20,531 nt of DNA from Acidobacteriota bacterium (GTDB lineage Bacteria > Acidobacteriota > UBA6911 > JACQSX01). The notes beneath the pieces are model-generated. The model saw only the letters and a program-made list of their open reading frames with translations. It ran no database searches and was not told where the DNA came from. The stretch spans positions 1 through 20,531 of the forward strand of contig DASXQR010000175.1 in assembly GCA_036507075.1 (NCBI GenBank), given 5' to 3'. Shown in pieces: positions 14,401 to 20,531 of the stretch; position 1 is the first letter of the stretch; each line of letters opens with the position of its first letter. A program made the position numbers and the translations under genes.

Positions 14401-16182
14401 ATGAATGACGTAAACGATACGAACGGCCCGGAACAGGTCGAGCCAAGCCTTCCGGAAAATCCCCCTCCCCCCGCAAGGCATGGCTATCGGAAATGGATTC
14501 TTCTGGCTGGCGCCGTGCTGCTTACTGGAATTGTTATCGCCGGGGCGTTATGGAATTTCTCACCGGCTTCTCAACAAAAAGCCGAAGCGGAAAAGGCGCC
14601 GGCCAGGGACATCTACTACTGCCCCATGCACACCAACTACAAATCCGACAAGCCGGGCAATTGTCCAATCTGCAGCATGAAACTGGTAAAGCTGGAAGGC
14701 CCGGCCACCGAACAACAGAACGCAGCAGGATCGGCGCCCGCCGGCTCTTCTCCCACAGCCGCTATCAGTGGAGCTCCAGGTTCGACGGATTCAATGCCGT
14801 CACAGTCAGGCGGCGGAGCTGCGGGGCCAGACCGGATCTTCATCGCCCCTGAACAGCAGCAGTTGATCGGCGTCCGGACGGAAGCGGCCGGCGTCATGCC
14901 GCTGACCCGGGAAATACGGGCGGCGGGCAAAGTGACCATTAATGAGAAGCAGATTGCCCACATTCACACCAAAGTCTCCGGTTTCATCGAGGATGTATTT
15001 GTAAATTTCGTAGGCCAGCAGGTCAAAAGAGGAGATCCGCTCTTCACGATTTACAGCCCTGATCTGGTTTCAACGCAGGAAGAGTACCTAATCGCACTTC
15101 GCAGTCGAGGAACACTTAAGGAGAGCTCATTTAACTGGGTCTCAAACGCCTCTCAGGACCTTGTCGATGCCGCGCGGCAACGGTTGAGACTTTGGGACGT
15201 CACGCCTGAAGAGATTAGAAGCCTGGAACGTGAAGGCAAGGTAAAGCGGGCCTTGACGATTTATTCTCCGGTGAGCGGAACTGTTACCGAACGCGAGGCC
15301 TTCCATCACGGCAGGGCCGTCACACCGGAAACGGACCTTTATACCATCGTCGATCTTTCCACCGTCTGGATCGTCGGTGACGTGTACCAGTACGAACTGC
15401 CCTTCGTCAAGGTCGGCCAAACCGCCCAGATTGAGCTTCCTTACACTCCTGAAGAGCGCCCGCTTACCGGAAGAATCACCTACATCTCCCCGTTTGCCGA
15501 CCCTAAAACCAGGACGGTGCAGGTTCGAACCGAGCTTTCCAACCCGGGCCTGGGCTTGAAAACCGACATGTTCGTCAATTTCAAGTTGAACATCGATCTT
15601 GGCCGGTGGCTGGTGGTTCCACAGGACGCCGTGCTGGATACCGGAATCGAGCATTACGTCTTTGTCGATGAGGGCGACGGGTATTTCCGGCCTGTACCGG
15701 TCAAACTCGGGCCGCGTTCGGAGAACTACTTTGCCGTTGAACGCGGGCTCAAGTCAGGAGACCGCGTGGTGACGGCGGCAAATTTCATTCTGGATTCCGA
15801 AAGCAGACTGAAAGGCGCCTTTGCCAACATGGGAAGGCCTTCAGAACGAGAGATCAAGCGAGCGCCCACGCCGGCCAGTAATCTGAGGATTGAAGTCCTG
15901 GAACCAAGAACCGCCAAGGTTGGCCAGAACCCGGTGCGCATCAGCGTCAAAGATCCGTCGGGAAAACCGATCACGGATGCCGAAGTAAGCATCAATCTGT
16001 TCATGCCGCAGATGGGGAGCATGCCCCCGATGAGCTCCGATGCAAAGCTGAGCCATACCGGGAACGGCGTGTACGAAGGGAAGATCGAATTCCAGATGGC
16101 CTGGACGTGGCAGACCACAATCACGGTTCGACGAGGCGGCCAGCAGATTGGGTCGATGAGGACCAACATTACAGCTCAGTAG
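14401..16182 (+). CDS. cusB: CusB-like RND periplasmic adaptor with an N-terminal heavy-metal-binding domain and a C-terminal YtkA/FixH-like domain
   Basis: GAGGAG SD; TM anchor; YYCPMH..PGNCPICSMKL; VKRGDPLFTIYSPDLVSTQEEY; ANFILDSESRL; C-terminal FMPQMGSMPPM..GVYEG..W. Confidence 0.9.
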   Translation: MNDVNDTNGPEQVEPSLPENPPPPARHGYRKWILLAGAVLLTGIVIAGALWNFSPASQQKAEAEKAPARDIYYCPMHTNYKSDKPGNCPICSMKLVKLEGPATEQQNAAGSAPAGSSPTAAISGAPGSTDSMPSQSGGGAAGPDRIFIAPEQQQLIGVRTEAAGVMPLTREIRAAGKVTINEKQIAHIHTKVSGFIEDVFVNFVGQQVKRGDPLFTIYSPDLVSTQEEYLIALRSRGTLKESSFNWVSNASQDLVDAARQRLRLWDVTPEEIRSLEREGKVKRALTIYSPVSGTVTEREAFHHGRAVTPETDLYTIVDLSTVWIVGDVYQYELPFVKVGQTAQIELPYTPEERPLTGRITYISPFADPKTRTVQVRTELSNPGLGLKTDMFVNFKLNIDLGRWLVVPQDAVLDTGIEHYVFVDEGDGYFRPVPVKLGPRSENYFAVERGLKSGDRVVTAANFILDSESRLKGAFANMGRPSEREIKRAPTPASNLRIEVLEPRTAKVGQNPVRISVKDPSGKPITDAEVSINLFMPQMGSMPPMSSDAKLSHTGNGVYEGKIEFQMAWTWQTTITVRRGGQQIGSMRTNITAQ

Positions 16183-16201
16183 CGAGCGTGAGTCACCCAC
16201 G

Positions 16202-19200
16202 ATGATCAACAGGATAATCGAATATTCAGCGACCCACCGGGTGCTGGTTCTTACGGTAGTAACGGGACTGGTGCTTATCGGCATCTGGTCGATGAAGAAC
16301 GTGCCGCTGGACGCGATACCCGATCTGTCGGATCCCCAGGTGATCATCTACACGGAATGGCCGGGACGAAGTCCCAACATCGTCGAAGACCAGATTACGT
16401 ACCCGATTGTCTCTTCCATGCTGGCCGCGCCTCATGTCAGCGTCGTTCGCGGGATCTCCGATTATGGCTTCTCGTACGTGTACGTCATCTTTGACGAGGG
16501 CACGGATATTTACTGGGGTCGAAGCCGGGTGCTCGAGTACATGAGCAAGATCTCCGGCAAACTTCCTGAAGGCGTTACTCCTACTCTCGGACCTGATGCT
16601 ACGGGCGTCGGCTGGGCTTTCCAATACGCATTGATAGATAAGAGCGGACGCCACAATATTGCGCAACTCCGATCCTTCAACGATTGGTACATGCGTTATT
16701 GGCTGGAAAGCGTCCCGGGTGTAGCCGAGGTTGCCACCGTCGGCGGGTTCGTAAAACAGTATCAGGTCAATGTCGATCCCAACCTATTGGTCTCCTACAA
16801 CATCCCGCTACCAAGGCTGATGGAAGTAATTCGAGGGAGCAACAGCGAGGTCGGCGGACGCGTTGTGGAAATGACAGGCAAGGAATATGTCGTCCGTGGC
16901 CGTGGTTATCTGACCTCCCAGGCCGATATCGAAAATCTGACAGTGGGGATGGACACAGGGGGAACTCCTGTTTATGTGAAGAATGTGGCGCGCGTCGAGC
17001 TCGGGCCGGAGATGAGGCGAGGGATTGCCGATTACAACGGGCAGGGCGAAGTCACGGGCGGAATCGTGGTGGTTCGATTCGGTCAAAACGTAATGGACGT
17101 CATCGAGCGGGTCAAAGCCAAACTTCAGGAAGTTCAGCCGTCACTGCCCCCGGGAGTCAAAGTAGCCGTTACCTACGATCGCTCGGATCTGATCCGGCGT
17201 TCGATTGAAACGCTGAGGCATACGTTGATTGAGGAACTGATCATCGTGAGCGCTGTAATCCTTATTTTTCTCTGGCACATTCCAAGCGCCATCATACCGA
17301 TTCTAACCATCCCCATTGCCGTGATCCTTTCCTTTGCGCCCATGTACACCACAGGACTGACATCCAACATCATGTCTCTCGGGGGGATCGCGATCGCGAT
17401 AGGCGCGATGGTCGACGCGGCCATTGTGGTGGTCGAACAAACTCACAAAAAGCTTGAACAATGGGAAGCCCAGGGGCGCCCAGGTAGCTCAGAGCGGGTC
17501 GTCATAAATGCCGTCAAGGAGGTGGGAGGTCCCAGCTTCTTTTCGCTTCTGGTCATCGCAGTCTCTTTCATGCCCATCTTTGCGCTGCAGTATCAGGAGG
17601 GCCGGCTGTTCAAGCCGCTGGCATTTACCAAGAACTTCTCCATGGCGATTGCCGCAGTTCTGGCGATCACGCTGGATCCGGCCCTGCGGTTGCTGCTGAT
17701 GAAGACCGAGGATTTCAAATTCAAACCACGATGGCTGGCCCGGGCGGCCAACGGCCTGTTTGTCGGGAAGATTCACAGTGAAGAGAAACATCCGATCAGT
17801 CGCCCGCTGATGCGGATTTACCACCCGGTAGTGCGTTTTGTCCTGAACTTCAAGTGGCTCGTTATTTCTCTGGCCATAGTCCTTGTGCTGGTAACAATCC
17901 CGGTATTTCTCTCGCTTGGATCCGAGTTCATGCCACCGTTGAATGAAGGGACGATCCTGTACATGCCCATCACGCTGCCGGGAATTTCCGCTACCGAAGC
18001 GCGAAAGTATCTCCAGATACAGGACAAGCTGATCAAGCAATTTCCTGAAGTGGATAGCGTCTTTGGAAAGATCGGAAAGGCCGAAACCTCCACCGATCCA
18101 GCGCCTCTGAGTATGGTCGAGACCACCGTGGTCCTGAAACCGGAGAACCAGTGGAGGACGGTTCACACGGACCGCTGGTATTCACGCTGCTCTCCCGAGT
18201 TCCTGAAGAAAGGGTTGAGACGAATCTGGCCGGAAGACGCAGCGATCGAGTGGCAGGACCTGACCGATGAGATGGATCGAGCGGTGCAGATACCGTCCTT
18301 TGCCAATGCGTGGCTTTTCCCCATTCGCACCCGAATCGACATGATCACAACAGGAGTACGGACCCCTGTCGGAGTGAAGGTTCTGGGACCCAATCTCGAC
18401 ACTATCCAGAGGATAGGCCTGGATGTGGAAAAAGTGATACAGGGCGTGCCCGGTACACGCAGCGCCTTCTTCGAAAGGGTGACGGGCGGTTACTACATTG
18501 ACTTTCAGGTGCGGCGTGAAGAAGCTGCACGCTATGGACTGAATGTCAACGATGTAAACGACATCGTCGAATCAGCCATCGGCGGCAAGACGCTCACCAC
18601 TACTATTGAAGGCAGAGAACGTTACCCGGTAAACGTCCGATATGCGCGAGGCCTCCGAAATGATCTGGGCACCCTCGGTCGCGTGTTGGTCCCCACATCT
18701 TCGGGAGCGCAGATTCCACTGGCGCAACTGGCCGACATCACCGTGCGTCCAGGCCCTCCGATGATTAAAAACGAGGAAGGTTTTCTGGCAGGGTTTGTCT
18801 ACGTCGATGTGTCCGGGCGCGACATGGGAAGTTATGTGGAAGAGGCCAAGCGCATCGTCGCCGATAAAGTTCACTTGCCGGCCGGCTATCACTTGGTCTG
18901 GAGCGGACAATATGAGTATCTGCAACGGGTCAAAGAGCGTTTGTGGGTGGTGGTTCCGATTACCCTTTTCATTGTTTTCCTGCTGCTGTTCTTCAACACC
19001 GGCTCGCTCACAAAAACCATGATCATCCTGCTGGCGGTCCCGTTTTCGGCCATCGGCGCCATCTGGCTCTTGTGGTTCCTGAACTACAACATGAGCATCG
19101 CCGTCTGGGTCGGATTAATTGCGCTGCTGGGTGTCGATGCCGAGACGGCCGTCTTCATGCTCCTGTACCTGGACCTGGCCTATGAAGAGAGGAAAGCTCA

Positions 19201-19486
19201 AGGCCGCATGCGCTCGATGAAGGACCTGAAGGCCGCCATCGAAGACGGAGCCGTCAAGCGTCTGCGGCCCAAGGTGATGACCGTTGGAGTGATGTTTATG
19301 GGCCTGCTGCCGATCATGTGGTCTGCCGGCGCGGGATCAGACGTAATGCGCCGCATCGCGGCGCCTATGATCGGCGGGATCTTCACTTCGTTTCTTTTGG
19401 AACTGCTGGTGTACCCGGCTATTTACGAACTCTGGAAAGGTCGCGAGGTGAAGCGGCTGGCAACAGCCGAAAATCAACCCGCGTAG
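16202..19486 (+). CDS. cusA: CusA-family Cu(I)/Ag(I) RND efflux transporter
   Basis: PLDAIPDLSDPQVII, GAMVDAAIVVVE, KRLRPKVMT; the three CusA metal-site Met contexts LYMP, PAPLSM and RIDM are all present. Confidence 0.95.
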   Translation: MINRIIEYSATHRVLVLTVVTGLVLIGIWSMKNVPLDAIPDLSDPQVIIYTEWPGRSPNIVEDQITYPIVSSMLAAPHVSVVRGISDYGFSYVYVIFDEGTDIYWGRSRVLEYMSKISGKLPEGVTPTLGPDATGVGWAFQYALIDKSGRHNIAQLRSFNDWYMRYWLESVPGVAEVATVGGFVKQYQVNVDPNLLVSYNIPLPRLMEVIRGSNSEVGGRVVEMTGKEYVVRGRGYLTSQADIENLTVGMDTGGTPVYVKNVARVELGPEMRRGIADYNGQGEVTGGIVVVRFGQNVMDVIERVKAKLQEVQPSLPPGVKVAVTYDRSDLIRRSIETLRHTLIEELIIVSAVILIFLWHIPSAIIPILTIPIAVILSFAPMYTTGLTSNIMSLGGIAIAIGAMVDAAIVVVEQTHKKLEQWEAQGRPGSSERVVINAVKEVGGPSFFSLLVIAVSFMPIFALQYQEGRLFKPLAFTKNFSMAIAAVLAITLDPALRLLLMKTEDFKFKPRWLARAANGLFVGKIHSEEKHPISRPLMRIYHPVVRFVLNFKWLVISLAIVLVLVTIPVFLSLGSEFMPPLNEGTILYMPITLPGISATEARKYLQIQDKLIKQFPEVDSVFGKIGKAETSTDPAPLSMVETTVVLKPENQWRTVHTDRWYSRCSPEFLKKGLRRIWPEDAAIEWQDLTDEMDRAVQIPSFANAWLFPIRTRIDMITTGVRTPVGVKVLGPNLDTIQRIGLDVEKVIQGVPGTRSAFFERVTGGYYIDFQVRREEAARYGLNVNDVNDIVESAIGGKTLTTTIEGRERYPVNVRYARGLRNDLGTLGRVLVPTSSGAQIPLAQLADITVRPGPPMIKNEEGFLAGFVYVDVSGRDMGSYVEEAKRIVADKVHLPAGYHLVWSGQYEYLQRVKERLWVVVPITLFIVFLLLFFNTGSLTKTMIILLAVPFSAIGAIWLLWFLNYNMSIAVWVGLIALLGVDAETAVFMLLYLDLAYEERKAQGRMRSMKDLKAAIEDGAVKRLRPKVMTVGVMFMGLLPIMWSAGAGSDVMRRIAAPMIGGIFTSFLLELLVYPAIYELWKGREVKRLATAENQPA

Positions 19487-19501
19487 GTGGAAATCTCATT
19501 C

Positions 19502-20392
19502 ATGACTGAGACAATTGGCACACAACTGGTAAAGACCGGCGCTTCCCTTTGGAGCCGGGACAATTTCAACCGTAGAGACGCGGCATGCCGCGTCAGAGCT
19601 CAGGCGCGACATGTGGCGTCTCTACCGTATCGGTCTAAATGTTACGGTGCGCTCGAGCAATCTGGAGCCATCGCGCGAAGGCGCGTCGCTGGACGCCGTG
19701 CCGCACGACCTTCAATGGTTTCGTCACTTCTCCTTTGCTGGATTGCTCTGACTATCCCCATCCGCGCTGAGACGATTGAATTCAACGTCAAACATGAGCA
19801 CGTTCGCGGGAGCTGCCGTGGGAAGCTGATAATCGATGGCAACCAGATCCGGTATATCGCCGACAACGGCAAGCACTCAGGGCAATGGGCCTATGTCGAT
19901 ATCCAGAAGCTGGATGTATCACCAAAAGAAATTGAGGTGCAGTCGTTTCAGAGCGGTCCGAAATGGAAGCTGGGTAGCGACAAGGTTTACGAATTCACGC
20001 TGCTAGACAGTGAGCTTACCTATGCCCAGCAGGAATTCCTGAGATCAAAGTTGAGCCGGCCAATGGTGGCACGATTGGTGGACACATCTTCCTCGCCTCT
20101 GCAGAAACTCCCGGTGAGACACCGCCATACTTTGGGAGGCTGCGAAGGCATCCTGAGCATCTACCAGGATCGGATTGTTTATTCCACCGACTTCGCCAGG
20201 CATAGTCGCGACTGGAGATACTCCGACCTTGAAACAGTGGGCTCACCCGACCGTTACCACCTCCGAATAACTTCGCATGACGAAACATTCACCTTTGATT
20301 TGAAAACCGTACTCGACCAGAAGACATACGATTTTCTGTGGGACAAAGTGAACGGATTGACGCGTCCTTCTTCGACGCCGGAGATGAAGTAA
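19502..20392 (+). CDS. Hypothetical exported protein with two repeated HxHxxGxCxG domains
   Basis: Signal-like SSLLLCWIALTIPIRA; KHEHVRGSCRGKLII and RHRHTLGGCEGILSI. The start is either ATG 19502 (AGGTGG SD) or ATG 19715. Confidence 0.7.
   Translation: MTETIGTQLVKTGASLWSRDNFNRRDAACRVRAQARHVASLPYRSKCYGALEQSGAIARRRVAGRRAARPSMVSSLLLCWIALTIPIRAETIEFNVKHEHVRGSCRGKLIIDGNQIRYIADNGKHSGQWAYVDIQKLDVSPKEIEVQSFQSGPKWKLGSDKVYEFTLLDSELTYAQQEFLRSKLSRPMVARLVDTSSSPLQKLPVRHRHTLGGCEGILSIYQDRIVYSTDFARHSRDWRYSDLETVGSPDRYHLRITSHDETFTFDLKTVLDQKTYDFLWDKVNGLTRPSSTPEMK
19572..19625. repeat. GTAG-family REP element
   Basis: GTAGAGACGC...GCGTCTCTAC ends; internal perfect palindrome GACGCGGCATGCCGCGTC (19577-19594). 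Confidence 0.85.
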
Positions 20393-20404
20393 TGACCACA
20401 TCAC

Positions 20405-20531
20405 GTAGCGCCGGCTGCCAGCTGGCATCTCGAGTTTGGACATCTGTAGCGACGCGGCATGCCGCGTCAGAGTCGGGCCGCGACATGTCGCGGCCAGGGA
20501 CGGAGCAGCCGGCGGCAACAGGGCCGCGACA
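20405..20531. repeat. Cluster of GTAG-family REP palindromes, running off the window end
   Basis: GTAGCGCCGGCTGCCAGCTGGC (20405); GTAGCGACGCGGCATGCCGCGTCAGAG (20446, 26/27 identical to 19572); perfect palindrome GGCCGCGACATGTCGCGGCC (20476-20495), starting again at about 20522. Confidence 0.85.

Noticed and set aside
1..20531. Transposase, integrase, prophage, tRNA or rRNA genes
   Set aside because: No ORF or sequence with such signatures was recognised.

Overview
GC-rich bacterial window; the repeat families and gene types suggest an Acidobacteriota-like genome (inference). Most of it is a heavy-metal (probably Cu/Ag) homeostasis region. Left to right: a PDZ-membrane-GAF-SpoIIE (RsbU-like) phosphatase; a Met-rich lipoprotein; a SolA/MSOX flavoenzyme; a His/Met-rich putative outer-membrane protein; a divergent TupA-like binding protein; a TlpA/ResA thioredoxin operon with a CDF-like transporter; a CusCBA-type RND efflux system; and a protein with a duplicated HxHxxGxCxG motif. 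Many REP/REPIN-like palindromes fill the intergenic spaces. Two signals stand out. (1) The thioredoxin ORF (9606) and the next ORF (10257) lie in one frame, interrupted only by TGA-CCG-CTT-TGA and followed by SECIS-like hairpins. This suggests a single 385-aa UxxU double-selenocysteine thioredoxin/beta-barrel fusion. (2) Three small Cys-rich proteins with an N-terminal hydrophobic segment all end in PP-x(4-13)-LRI-stop. Each heads a different metal-related unit and is followed by an anti-SD-like tract, which suggests a family of metal-sensing leader/arrest peptides.
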